Shown one piece after another: positions 27,836 through 37,736 of a DNA stretch of 64,000 nucleotides. The stretch comes from Sulfolobales archaeon (GTDB taxonomy: Archaea; Thermoproteota; Thermoprotei_A; Sulfolobales; NBVN01). Position 1 is the first letter of the stretch; the number at the start of each line of letters is the position of its first letter. The position numbers and the translations under genes were made by a program. The notes beneath the pieces were generated by a model that worked only from the letters and a program-made list of their open reading frames with translations, was not told the origin of the DNA and did no database searches. The stretch lies in the NCBI GenBank assembly GCA_026419835.1, contig JAOAKQ010000002.1, forward strand, positions 142,015 to 206,014. The letters are read 5' to 3'.

Positions 27836-28972
27836 GTGATGACTGAAAACTTCAGTCCAGCCGCTCTCAAGGAGGAAGTAGAGTCGGTAGCAGATATCTA
27901 CGACGCACTCTACAGTGTGAGGAGGGTCGGATTCTACGGAGTACTGAGAGACATAGTAGAAAGAGGTATTAGAAAGAGAACGTCGGCACTGCAGAAACTG
28001 AGAACGATAGCTAAACTCCACGAGGAAGACGTAATTCGCTTGAGGCTAGACTACTACCTCCACATGATTAAGCTGGGCATGAAGGTCGTGTACCTAACGA
28101 AGAATGCTGACTGCGCGAGACTCCCCCACGCAATTCCTTTCTTAAGAAGTTGTGTAAACACCATACCTACGGGAACTATACTTACCTTCTACTATCCAGA
28201 GCATCTCGAACCCAGAGGGCTCGACGATATAGGAATAAAGCACTACACACTATACGAGAGAATGTTCAGTAAGGCGGCTATAGCTAACTACGTTAGCGAG
28301 CTAACGGAGAATCCGCTCAGTCTCTTTAGTCATAGGAAACTAGAAGAGCACATCACTAGAGAACTGAAGAGAGGCGATAGCGGTGAAGATATATCGAGCG
28401 TAGAGAGCGAGATAAGAGGTATCGAAGCACGGTCAAAGATAGATAACAAGGACCTGGGAATACTGAGTTCGGTAGAGCTAGACCCTCTAACTACCGTAAG
28501 TCTAGACGTAAAGCTCGGCATAAAGAGGAAGATACTGAGTAAACACATAGAGCACGTTGAAGCTATCCTTAGAGGAATTAGAATTAGAAAGATAAGGAGC
28601 GTGATGAACCTCTCGAAAGTGGCGTTCGTAGGTGCTATCTCTAGTAGAAATAGGTACCTCCTGAAGTTTGTAGACTCTGTTTTAAAATACCCAACCAATA
28701 TTTCAGTAATTATCTCCAACGACTTTCAGCTCTCTATGGTTCAAGTGTTAGTTCCTGGAGATATCGATATAATAAAAAACATTGCTTTAACTTTCAAGAA
28801 GATCGCGCGAGAATACGATTTCGAGCTCGTAGAATCCTATCTAGCGGATCTTACTACATTAGTGAACTTCACTACGCCATTTATCAGAGAGCTCGAGTAT
28901 TCTCCCGCAGCCAGAGACTGGCTCGATAAGGGTATTAGAAGAGTTCTTAAGCACATAAAGGATAAGGGTTAA
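27836..28972 (+). CDS. hypothetical protein (orphan, in an AT-richer patch)
   Basis: 378-aa uninterrupted ORF. Only a weak resemblance to an Lrp-like HTH (DNKDLGILSSVELDPLTTVSLDVKLGIKRKILSKHIEHV). Confidence 0.5.
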   Translation: MMTENFSPAALKEEVESVADIYDALYSVRRVGFYGVLRDIVERGIRKRTSALQKLRTIAKLHEEDVIRLRLDYYLHMIKLGMKVVYLTKNADCARLPHAIPFLRSCVNTIPTGTILTFYYPEHLEPRGLDDIGIKHYTLYERMFSKAAIANYVSELTENPLSLFSHRKLEEHITRELKRGDSGEDISSVESEIRGIEARSKIDNKDLGILSSVELDPLTTVSLDVKLGIKRKILSKHIEHVEAILRGIRIRKIRSVMNLSKVAFVGAISSRNRYLLKFVDSVLKYPTNISVIISNDFQLSMVQVLVPGDIDIIKNIALTFKKIAREYDFELVESYLADLTTLVNFTTPFIRELEYSPAARDWLDKGIRRVLKHIKDKG

Positions 28973-29261
28973 TAAGACGAACTTCTTATTTCAACTAATT
29001 TCGAGGCCTCCGCACCGAGCTCATTAAGATCCGCTTATATCAGCTAAAGAAGAGAATGATTTGTATATCACTTCAGCTCTGTAATAGCGACTGATATTCC
29101 ATTCCAGAATAACGTATTTGGTGGAATACGTGAAAATTAGCAGGTACTTAAAGTTGTTAAAGATAGCTAGATACGCTCCAGTAATAGCACTAGCCGTATC
29201 CGCCGTCTTAAGCAGTGAGATCGGTACAACCGGTGAAAGAATACCGAAGGGCGAAGACCCT

Positions 29262-30254
29262 TCAATATTCTAATAGCTCTTTAACCGTAGTTAAGTTGAG
29301 TAGGAAACCCGAGACGTAGCTTAAGACTTTTTTAATGTAGCTCCACTCGAGTTCCTCCGTATATTCGTATTCCTTCAACGCTCCATCCACCGCCGAGTTC
29401 TCTATACCTAATGCTTGCAGGGGGTTCTGAAGTACTACTCCGCTCCTCACTTCCTTGAGAGCCCTTTCCCACGCTTCTCCAACTCTTTGAGCGACCTCGT
29501 AGCTAAGGTTTTCGTGCCTAGCTAGAGTACAGCAGTAGTATCTTCCAACGTACTCCACTAGCCTCGCTCTCCTAAACCCCAGGTTTTCGAGCTCGCTAGC
29601 GTATGGTTCCCATATAGCTATCGCATCAGCACCTCCACGAATGAACGCCTCAACACCGCGCTCGGGCTTATCGTAGTATGCGATTTCCGGCATCTCGTAG
29701 TGGAGAGCTTTGTGTATAGCTATAGCGGCTATCTCCATCGTTGACGCTCTACTGCTCAGCGTTCTACCCCCGAGGTTTCTGTAGATGAGGGAGGCTCCTC
29801 CCAGAGCGCCCCCGCGGTACGTCCTTATCGAAGCACCTAGAGCTCTGTAAGCGGCTTGAGTGTACAGTGGGGTTATAGATAGGTGCACATCGGCTCTAGC
29901 CAGAGCTGATGTCGCATCCGACACGTTTCCGAATAGTACGAGCTCCACCTCGTATCCGTAGGTCTTGAGGTGCTTGATGAAGTTCGGAAGGTATATGTAC
30001 TCAGAAGCTCTGACGAGCCCTATCCTTATGGTTCTACCTATGGATGGGTCGAGGTACTTAGATAGGACTACCCTCTTAGTTTTCCCGGGTCCCGGGACTC
30101 TAGCGACCAGCCCCCTCTTCTCGAGTTCTCTCAGGACTTCCGATACCCAGCTTTTCGAGTAGCCGGATTCCTCAACTAGCTCTCCCTGGCTGAGTCCATC
30201 CTTACCCGCTTCTTCAAGTATTCTCAGTATCCTCTCTCTGATCGCGGGTTCCAC
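29262..30254 (-). CDS. winged-HTH regulator fused to a periplasmic-binding-protein-like (NMT1/type 2 SBP) domain
   Basis: N-terminal MarR-like wHTH (ILRILEEAGKDGLSQGELVEESGYSKSWVSEVLRELEKRGLV). About 260 aa follow with SBP-like alternating pattern (IRIGLVRASEYIYLPNF...). Confidence 0.6.
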   Translation of the reverse strand: MEPAIRERILRILEEAGKDGLSQGELVEESGYSKSWVSEVLRELEKRGLVARVPGPGKTKRVVLSKYLDPSIGRTIRIGLVRASEYIYLPNFIKHLKTYGYEVELVLFGNVSDATSALARADVHLSITPLYTQAAYRALGASIRTYRGGALGGASLIYRNLGGRTLSSRASTMEIAAIAIHKALHYEMPEIAYYDKPERGVEAFIRGGADAIAIWEPYASELENLGFRRARLVEYVGRYYCCTLARHENLSYEVAQRVGEAWERALKEVRSGVVLQNPLQALGIENSAVDGALKEYEYTEELEWSYIKKVLSYVSGFLLNLTTVKELLEY

Positions 30255-30309
30255 AAGTCTTTATTCTCTGGCGGCATTAAAGCTTAAAAGCTAAACGAAC
30301 ACGTGTTCT

Positions 30310-30492
30310 TTGGTGGCACCGGTGGATTACCTGGGCCTAGCTCTCCTAGCGTACGTCGCTCTATCCCTCGCACTACCCTACGTACTAGCCGGGGACCGCA
30401 GCCTGGCTACATTCGCAGTGTACGTGCTCCTCTCTGCGGTAGCCATAGGAACGGCGACCATCAAGCTGAGGAGGTGGTCTAGGGTTGAGTGA
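30310..30492 (+). CDS. small two-TM membrane protein preceding the symporter
   Basis: 60 aa with two hydrophobic helices. Overlaps the start of the downstream SSS gene by 8 nt. Confidence 0.5.
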   Translation: MVAPVDYLGLALLAYVALSLALPYVLAGDRSLATFAVYVLLSAVAIGTATIKLRRWSRVE

Positions 30493-31903
30493 GCTAGCGG
30501 CGGCACTGCTAGGCTACCTAGCCGTAATAACGTTCGTAACCCTCTGGAGTAGAGTGAGGACTAGAACAGGGGACCCCGTGGACTACTTCGTAGCTAGCAG
30601 GGGCCTCTCGGGCTTCATATCGGCAATGACCTACGCGGCGACAACGTACAGCGCCTTCATGATGGTGGGTCTGGTTGGACTTACGTACGCAACCGGCGTC
30701 GGGGCACTAGCATTCGAGCTCGCCTACCTGGTGGCTACAGTAGCGATCCTAGCTACGTTCGGTGTGAAAGTGTGGGAGCTATCCAGGGAGAGGGGGTACG
30801 TAACACCAACACAACTCCTCAGGGAGAAGTACGGCTCCTACTGGACGACGGTGTTCGTAGTGTTCATGACCGCCGTGGCGCTAATACCCTACTCAGCCGT
30901 TCAGATGGTCGGTCCGGCCACGATTCTATCCGGTATTAGCCGGGGTTCCGTAGACTACGGTACGGCGCTAACGATAATAGTAGTGGTAGTCCTTCTAACT
31001 ACCGTAACTGCCGGCCTCAGGTCCGTAGCGTGGACTGACGCAGTTCAAGGAGCTATAATGCTCTCCTCGGCTACAGCGCTAGCGCTCTGGCTACTCCTCA
31101 AGACACCGCCGGAGGCTACCGAGCCCCTGGGTAGGCTAGACCTGCTCAACCCGGCTAACAGCTTCTGGACACCGCAGACGTTCTTAGCGTACACAACGCC
31201 GTGGATATTCTTCGCGATAACGAACCCCCAGGTATTCCAGAGGCTATATCTACCTAAGGATAGGAAGGCCTACACGAAGATGGCTCTCTACTTCTCGATT
31301 TTCGGCCTACTCTACACGATCATCACGGTCTCCATAGGACTCCTCGCGAGAGGGCTCAAGGAGGTGGGTGCCGTAGACCTGAGGATAGATATTAGAAGTA
31401 GAGCCGACTGGAATAGAGTGACGCCGCAGCTTCTAACCTACGCGCACCCGGTCCTCGCCGTGCTAGTTGTGATATCGATCATATCGGCCGCTACGTCCAC
31501 CATAAACTCCATAATACTGACCCTCTCCTCTATGATATCCTACGATACGCCGATCCCGGAGAAGCTGAAGCTCTCCATCGGGAAGGTCTTCATAGTCCTG
31601 TTCACGTTCGTAATATACGTCTTCGCAAACACTAGACCGGCCTTCGTGGTTGACCTAGCCGTTGCTTCATCGGCGATCCTGCTACCCCTACTACCCCTCT
31701 ACCTATTCTCCGTCTACGGATACGGGGGTAAGCTCTCGTACGCAGCTACCGCGATTGCCTGCCTCCCACTATCCCTGTACCTCACGACGGCTAGGGACCT
31801 GGTTCTGTGGATCCCCAAGGAGGTCGTCGTGGTTTCTCTATCGTTCGTAGTGTTCCTACTAGCGCACCTAGTGAATAGGTACTTACGTAGAGCTCGAAGA
31901 TAG
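30485..31903 (+). CDS. sodium:solute symporter family (SSS) transporter
   Basis: 472 aa, polytopic. N-terminal ...DYFVASRGLSGFISAMTYAATTYSAFMMVG... is typical of the SSS family. TTG start. Confidence 0.85.
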   Translation: MSELAAALLGYLAVITFVTLWSRVRTRTGDPVDYFVASRGLSGFISAMTYAATTYSAFMMVGLVGLTYATGVGALAFELAYLVATVAILATFGVKVWELSRERGYVTPTQLLREKYGSYWTTVFVVFMTAVALIPYSAVQMVGPATILSGISRGSVDYGTALTIIVVVVLLTTVTAGLRSVAWTDAVQGAIMLSSATALALWLLLKTPPEATEPLGRLDLLNPANSFWTPQTFLAYTTPWIFFAITNPQVFQRLYLPKDRKAYTKMALYFSIFGLLYTIITVSIGLLARGLKEVGAVDLRIDIRSRADWNRVTPQLLTYAHPVLAVLVVISIISAATSTINSIILTLSSMISYDTPIPEKLKLSIGKVFIVLFTFVIYVFANTRPAFVVDLAVASSAILLPLLPLYLFSVYGYGGKLSYAATAIACLPLSLYLTTARDLVLWIPKEVVVVSLSFVVFLLAHLVNRYLRRARR

Positions 31904-32012
31904 TTTGACGTACCGCGGAATTGAATGAGTTTTTTAACCACCTAACCTAGGTCCCTCGATTTAATCACGATATATACCTACTAAGTGCTACTACACTTGG
32001 TGAAGGCTCTTA

Positions 32013-33254
32013 GTGAGGTCTCTAGGTTCGATACTACCGTACGTAGTTGCTGTGATAATCGCTCCTACGGCTGTAGTAGCTTACTCGAGCAGCTTCGGCA
32101 CTGTCTGCGTAGTTAACTACCTAATAAACTCGGTAGTTATTGAGCCTAGTAGTGAGTACAGCGGGCTGCTGTACCTAGAGAGCCCTGCGAACTTTACGTA
32201 CCTAGGCATAAACCAGACAGTGCGCATCGCACTATCTCGAGGACCTACGCTCGAGAGCGGAGTGCCCACCATCAAGGTCACTCGAGGAGTGCCCGCGTAC
32301 GCTTACGTAGTATTTGAAGTACGCACCTGCTCCAAGGACTTTGGCGCAGCCCTAGCTCTAGTTAGAGAAGCGCTCAACAACCCGACCGAAGTTCTCAGAG
32401 AATCGACCTACTATGGGGAGGAGATACCGACCGAGTTCCTGAGAGAGCCTCCTGAAGTAATTAAAAGTGAAGTTAGGGGGGCCTTCGAAGACTGGTTGAG
32501 GGATTTTGCTTGGTATAGGTCTATCGACAACCTATCTAAAGCACCTCTACTAGTCTCAATTTACGCAGCGAGATTCGTATACAGCTCCGGCTACATAAGG
32601 TACAGCGCCCGCCTACTCCCGCAGACGCTGGAGGACGTACTCAGGTCGCGGGAGGGTGACTGCGATGATATGAGCAGACTTCTAGCGGCTCTACTGTGGT
32701 CGTACGGCGTGCCGACCGTAATTGCCTACGGGTACGTAGCTATCCCGGGCTTCCATATGAGGTCGTCCATCGGTGGGTTCGAGTATGTCTTCAGCGAGGG
32801 AGGACCCCACGCATTCGTACTAGCGTACGTCCCCAGGCACGGGTGGATCTCCCTAGACTTCCTAGCCGGCTCCCTCCTAACTAACTCATTCGTCTTCTGG
32901 GGAACGACTACTAAAGTAGAGGTAACCCGGGAAGTCGTTAGAGAAGTTGAGGAGTTCCACGCGAAGCTCTCCGGAAGGCAGTTCATGGCGATCCTAGGTC
33001 CCGGAGACCCACGTCTTGAAGACGTCGAGTCCCTGGAGGCCTACATAAACGCATCACTCGGTTTCCGAATTCGCGAAGACCTAGCGCCCCCGGCTACACA
33101 GACCGAGGTAGCTACTTACACCGTGGATAGACCCGGAGCGGGCCTCCCTCTAGACGCAACCACGGTAGGACTAGTCCTACTAACCGCAGCCGCAGCTCTA
33201 GTAGCACTATCAGCACTAGCTCTAGCCGTTAAAACCCGGTACGCTCGCAGGTAG
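32013..33254 (+). CDS. transglutaminase-like (Cys-His-Asp) domain protein, membrane-anchored at both ends
   Basis: REGDCDDMSRLLAALLWSYGVPTVIAYGY (catalytic Cys) and PHAFVLAY...HGWISLD (His/Asp). N-terminal and C-terminal hydrophobic segments. Confidence 0.75.
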   Translation: MRSLGSILPYVVAVIIAPTAVVAYSSSFGTVCVVNYLINSVVIEPSSEYSGLLYLESPANFTYLGINQTVRIALSRGPTLESGVPTIKVTRGVPAYAYVVFEVRTCSKDFGAALALVREALNNPTEVLRESTYYGEEIPTEFLREPPEVIKSEVRGAFEDWLRDFAWYRSIDNLSKAPLLVSIYAARFVYSSGYIRYSARLLPQTLEDVLRSREGDCDDMSRLLAALLWSYGVPTVIAYGYVAIPGFHMRSSIGGFEYVFSEGGPHAFVLAYVPRHGWISLDFLAGSLLTNSFVFWGTTTKVEVTREVVREVEEFHAKLSGRQFMAILGPGDPRLEDVESLEAYINASLGFRIREDLAPPATQTEVATYTVDRPGAGLPLDATTVGLVLLTAAAALVALSALALAVKTRYARR

Positions 33255-33353
33255 CTGCGCGCAGCTAACTCCGCGAGCTCGGGGCGACTCCCGCGAGAAC
33301 TTCTTGAAGCACGGAGAAGAGAGTTAAAAATACTCAGCTACATATAGATTCTG

Positions 33354-33429
33354 GCGGCGGTCGTCTAGCCTGGTCTAGGACGCCGGCCTGCCACGCCGGA
33401 GATCCCGGGTTCGAATCCCGGCCGCCGCA
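33354..33429 (+). tRNA. tRNA-Gly (anticodon GCC)
   Basis: Acceptor GCGGCGG/CCGCCGC. Anticodon stem-loop CCGGC-CTGCCAC-GCCGG. T arm CCGGG-TTCGAAT-CCCGG. Discriminator A. Confidence 0.9.
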
Positions 33430-34298
33430 CTAAGAACTTTATCGATAGTAACTGATATCGAGTAAGAAAGCTAGGCACTGCTGCTTTACTTCTTTCTAAG
33501 AGATGTTTCTCGATTTAGGATCGTAGCTGTGGCCTCTATACGCAGCAATATTTAATTTCTTTATGAGAGATCCATGCAGAGGCTTAGAGAACTGCTCAAA
33601 TATAGAATTCCATTAATTTCTTTAGATAGGAGAAAGTGTTCTATTAACCTACATTCCATTACAATATCCTTCATTGCCACACATCCTTGACGATTTATCG
33701 TCTAAATAGACATCTCTCTGATTCTGACCTATCACTCGCTAGTAGAACGGCCTTAACATCACGCTCCACCACGTCAAGCAAGGCTTTAGCGTATCGCTCG
33801 CTTGCGGCCGGAATACACAATACGTCTTTCACTCTTAAGCTCGTCCTTATATACCACTCGCCAGGACCTTGCTAACTCTAGGATTCTTCTGCGTAATATC
33901 ATTTCGCTCTGCCTACTACCAATGAACCTAACAACAGTGGAGTGAAGGAGAATCGCCGCTAGAAAGCTCGAAACTATCGCCAATAATAACGTTAACACCT
34001 CTAGCACCACTCAGATATTTACCGGGTAACCTTGAAACGCTGCGAACCGGTGGTAAGCACTTACTCTTGGCAGGGACGGAGATATTATTGAACCTACATT
34101 ACGATCGCTAATCTACCGTTAGGTTGCGATGACGTCGTCATGTTGAGTGCTCAGTCTAAAATCCGACCGTATCTCATAACAATCACCGTCTCGCGGAGTT
34201 TCTGGTCAGTCTAATCTTGGCGCTCTGTCCGCACTTCTCGACGATTTAAAGGAAATGTATCTACTTACCGGTATTTATGTTTCGCTGAGGAGTATGTC

Positions 34299-35051
34299 TT
34301 GAGAGCTATGAAGGTGCTCGTGGTTTCAGATATTCACGGAAACTACGAGGCTCTTAATGCCGTTCTCGAGAGTGCGGGTGGTTGGGATTCTCTCTGGGTG
34401 CTGGGGGATTTAGTTGACTACGGGCCCGAGCCTCACGTTGTGGTCGACGTTGTTAGAGGTCTCGACCCCGATCTCGTTCTCATGGGTAACCACGACTACG
34501 CTATGGCGTACGGTGCTGACTGTATGTGTGCTGAGGAGGTGCGGGATCTTAGCGTGTACACTCGCCAGTTCGTATCCGCCAGGCTCTTGAGTAAGGAGCA
34601 GCTCGAGTGGTTGAGGAACCTGCCTAGGAGTTGGAGCGGTGTCGTCGGGGGTTTGAAGGTTTTCGCAGCGCACGGGTCTCCGAGGAACAACCTCTTCGGC
34701 TACCTAAGGCCCTCGCTACCGAGGAGTGAGCTGCTCCTAGCTCTAACCCCCTCCATGTACTCCCTCAGGCCTAGGCCCGTGGACTCCGACGTAGTGCTCG
34801 TCGGGCACACCCACGCGCAGTTCGACATCAGGGTGGACTCCATCAGGGTCGTGAACCCGGGTAGCGTCGGGCAGCCTCGGGATGGAGATCCGAGAGCTGC
34901 CTACGCTATCGTGGAGACCGGTAACTGGGGCGTTGAGCTCCGGAGGGTTGAGTACGACGTAATGAAGACTGTTAGGAAGCTCCGGGAGCTGAACCTCGAT
35001 AGGGAGCACCTCTCCCGGCTGGAGAGGATTCTAGTTACCGGCCGCCTGTAG
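34299..35051 (+). CDS. metallophosphoesterase (MJ0936/YfcE-like)
   Basis: VVSDIHGN, LGDLVDYGPEP, GNHD, AAHGSP and VGHTH motifs. The likely start is ATG 34308. Confidence 0.8.
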   Translation: MRAMKVLVVSDIHGNYEALNAVLESAGGWDSLWVLGDLVDYGPEPHVVVDVVRGLDPDLVLMGNHDYAMAYGADCMCAEEVRDLSVYTRQFVSARLLSKEQLEWLRNLPRSWSGVVGGLKVFAAHGSPRNNLFGYLRPSLPRSELLLALTPSMYSLRPRPVDSDVVLVGHTHAQFDIRVDSIRVVNPGSVGQPRDGDPRAAYAIVETGNWGVELRRVEYDVMKTVRKLRELNLDREHLSRLERILVTGRL

Positions 35052-35103
35052 AACGTCTAAGTACTCAGCCGCGAGCGCCCCGGGGGCTGACCGCATCCAC
35101 ACT

Positions 35104-35517
35104 TCAGGACGCCAGGTTCTTGCTGACTCTACGGGCTTCTAGAGCTGTGAGCGCGGACGATATAGCGGAGGACGTCACCGCGATCAGCCTATCCACGTTG
35201 ACGTTCCCCCACAGAATAGTCACGCCGACTAGGCCTGCCGCTACGCCTAGGAAGAACGCTGAGTAGATCGCTAGTCTCGGGACGAGCTTCCTACCTAGGT
35301 ACACGAAGCCCTCTATTCTCACCCTCCTAGAGACTACGTAACCCTCCGGGAGCTCCCTGATCAGTCCAGCCTCCCTCAGCTTCTTGATGTGGTAGTGGAC
35401 CGTGCTGACGGGTATGCCTAGGTCTCTCGAAAGGTCTCTAACACCTCTAGGTTCGTTAGCTAGGAGAAGGTGTAGGTAGATCTTCAGCGAGGCACCTCTA
35501 AGCTCCTCATCACTCAC
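35104..35517 (-). CDS. ArsR-family wHTH protein with C-terminal TM segments
   Basis: RDLSRDLGIPVSTVHYHIKKLREAGLI, followed by two hydrophobic helices. Confidence 0.75.
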   Translation of the reverse strand: MSDEELRGASLKIYLHLLLANEPRGVRDLSRDLGIPVSTVHYHIKKLREAGLIRELPEGYVVSRRVRIEGFVYLGRKLVPRLAIYSAFFLGVAAGLVGVTILWGNVNVDRLIAVTSSAISSALTALEARRVSKNLAS

Positions 35518-35537
35518 TAAAGCCCTGAGTTCAGTAC

Positions 35538-37736
35538 TTGAGACAGCTTAAAGTACAACTACTTGAACGGGTGCGTCCAACCGATAGCTCTAAATCTACG
35601 TGGAATCCTACATACGTAGAGGTGGGCACGGTGAGCCGTGGTAGAACGTACGCACTAGTTGCTATAGCGATCCTAGCTGGAATACTCGCATCAACTCTAC
35701 CCCACTACCTTACACGAACGTACGGACCTCCGCTAGAGCGTAGAGAGGAGGTTACTAGCGAGGAGAGGGGTGTAGGTGCGGTAGTATCAGGTACCTACAG
35801 AGCTACTGAGATTAGGGGTGTGAAGACTTTCAGTAGCTACGCAGAACTCCTTAACTACGTAGACGGAGTTCTCTTGTTGAAGCGGACTGCGAGTAGAGTT
35901 GGTGTGCCGGGAGAGGCGGTGCTACCGGTTACTCTAGGCACCGCAGATAAAGCAGCTAGAGACACCAGAGCTTCTAAGACGAATGTTCAAGTAGAAGGTG
36001 TTGACGAGCTGGATATAGCTAAAACGGATGGCGATATTATAGCTGTAGCCGTAGGCGACTCTATCTACGTAGTAGATGCTCGAAGTAAGAAAGTTGTGAG
36101 TAGCTTCAGAGCCAACTCGACAATCACCGGGCTCTTCTTGCTGGAGAAGAAGATAGTCGCACTATCCCTCAGTACCGAGCTCTATAGCCCTTATAGCCCT
36201 ATTTTAAGGCACGCACAGGCTCTAGTTCAAGAATCTTCCACCACTATCTGGGTTATAGACGTATCAAACGCGGAGAAGCCGGAGGTGGAGTTCAAGGCAT
36301 TCGTTACGGGGTCCCCGCTGACCGCTAGAGCTATTGGTAACTACATCTACGTACTGGTAACTCAACCTATCGAAACTCTCGAAGTTCCCGCTTTGAACGG
36401 CAAGCCACTACCACCAGGTAGCATAGGGTTGGTAGACGAAGAACCGGACTCGTACACAACTATTGCCGTACTCGACTTAAGCGACTACAGCTACACAGCT
36501 TACTCCTTTCTAACGGGTCCCGGTAGCTGGGTCTACATGTCTTTGAGTAGACTGTACGTAGGTAGCTCGAGGTACTTGTCGACGTACACTGCGTACAAGC
36601 TCTTTCTGGACGCACTGGTGAGGTACCTACCGAGAGAGGTAGCCGACAGCGTAGGTAAGTTGCTATCGTCCGGTAGGGTGGGTGAGGCTCTCGAAGCTGC
36701 CTACAGCTATTTGAACGGTGTAAGTGATAGTGAGTTCGACGAGATCGTCTCGAGAGTTAGCGGAGAGCTTAGGAAGGTCGTTCATGAAGACGAAACGGAG
36801 TTCTACGTATTCAGAGTATCGGGTCTCAATATCTCGTACAGCGGCTCTTTCTCCGTGATTGGGGCGGTCCTAGACCAGTTCTCTATGGAGGAGATGGGCG
36901 ATTACTTCGTAGTAGCTACCACAGCTACGCCTAGCTCTCCGAGAGTTTACGCGTACAGAGCTACCGAGGTCCCTGCTGTTAGACCTATATCTATAGTGGA
37001 GCGAAGAGATAACGAAACGGCGGTCACGAAGACCTACACGCCAGCGGCCAGAGCCGTCTCAACTAGGGAGAGAGTCCTTCTCGTAATACCCGAGCTCGTC
37101 GGGGAACCGGAGAACTCGGTATCGGTCATAAGCTTGAGGAACCTCGAGGATGTCGGGTCTCTGAGGGGTCTTGCTAAGGGCGAGAGGATATACTCCGCGA
37201 GACTCGTAAGGAACGTGCTCTTCCTAGTTACTTTCAGGTTCGTAGACCCCCTGTTCGCGATAGACCTATCGAATCCCGAGGAGCCGGAGGTCCTGGGCTA
37301 CCTCAAGATCCCTGGGTTCAGTGAGTACCTACACCCACTCTACGAGGACAGGCTACTCGGAATAGGAGTAGAGGATGGCAACTTGAAGCTATCTCTATTC
37401 GATGTGAGCGACCCAGCTGAGATGGTCGAGGTATCTAAGATACTGATCGAGTGCTCCTGGACTCCGGCTCTGAGCGACCACAGAGCTATAGCGGTGGATA
37501 GAGACTTCAACCTAGTGTACATACCGATATCGTCCTTCTGCGCGTACCCACAGATCGGTGGAGTAGCTGTAGTAAGCTACGGTAGGAGCTCCCTAAGCTT
37601 TATAAAGCTCCTGGAGGTCGATGGAGCTCAGCGAGCGCTCTACGTAGATACGGAGCTCTACGTGGTATCTCAGTACAGGCTGGTAGTCTACTCACTACCT
37701 GAGCTAGAGTACGTCACTGAGATATACTTGAAGTAG
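35538..37736 (+). CDS. secreted or anchored beta-propeller domain protein (PF09826/COG4880-like)
   Basis: N-terminal anchor helix. SKTNVQVEGVDELDIAKTDGDIIAV matches the hallmark Beta_propel motif as I recall it. Repetitive beta-rich C-terminal part. The true start is probably an internal GTG near 35630. Confidence 0.65.
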   Translation: MRQLKVQLLERVRPTDSSKSTWNPTYVEVGTVSRGRTYALVAIAILAGILASTLPHYLTRTYGPPLERREEVTSEERGVGAVVSGTYRATEIRGVKTFSSYAELLNYVDGVLLLKRTASRVGVPGEAVLPVTLGTADKAARDTRASKTNVQVEGVDELDIAKTDGDIIAVAVGDSIYVVDARSKKVVSSFRANSTITGLFLLEKKIVALSLSTELYSPYSPILRHAQALVQESSTTIWVIDVSNAEKPEVEFKAFVTGSPLTARAIGNYIYVLVTQPIETLEVPALNGKPLPPGSIGLVDEEPDSYTTIAVLDLSDYSYTAYSFLTGPGSWVYMSLSRLYVGSSRYLSTYTAYKLFLDALVRYLPREVADSVGKLLSSGRVGEALEAAYSYLNGVSDSEFDEIVSRVSGELRKVVHEDETEFYVFRVSGLNISYSGSFSVIGAVLDQFSMEEMGDYFVVATTATPSSPRVYAYRATEVPAVRPISIVERRDNETAVTKTYTPAARAVSTRERVLLVIPELVGEPENSVSVISLRNLEDVGSLRGLAKGERIYSARLVRNVLFLVTFRFVDPLFAIDLSNPEEPEVLGYLKIPGFSEYLHPLYEDRLLGIGVEDGNLKLSLFDVSDPAEMVEVSKILIECSWTPALSDHRAIAVDRDFNLVYIPISSFCAYPQIGGVAVVSYGRSSLSFIKLLEVDGAQRALYVDTELYVVSQYRLVVYSLPELEYVTEIYLK

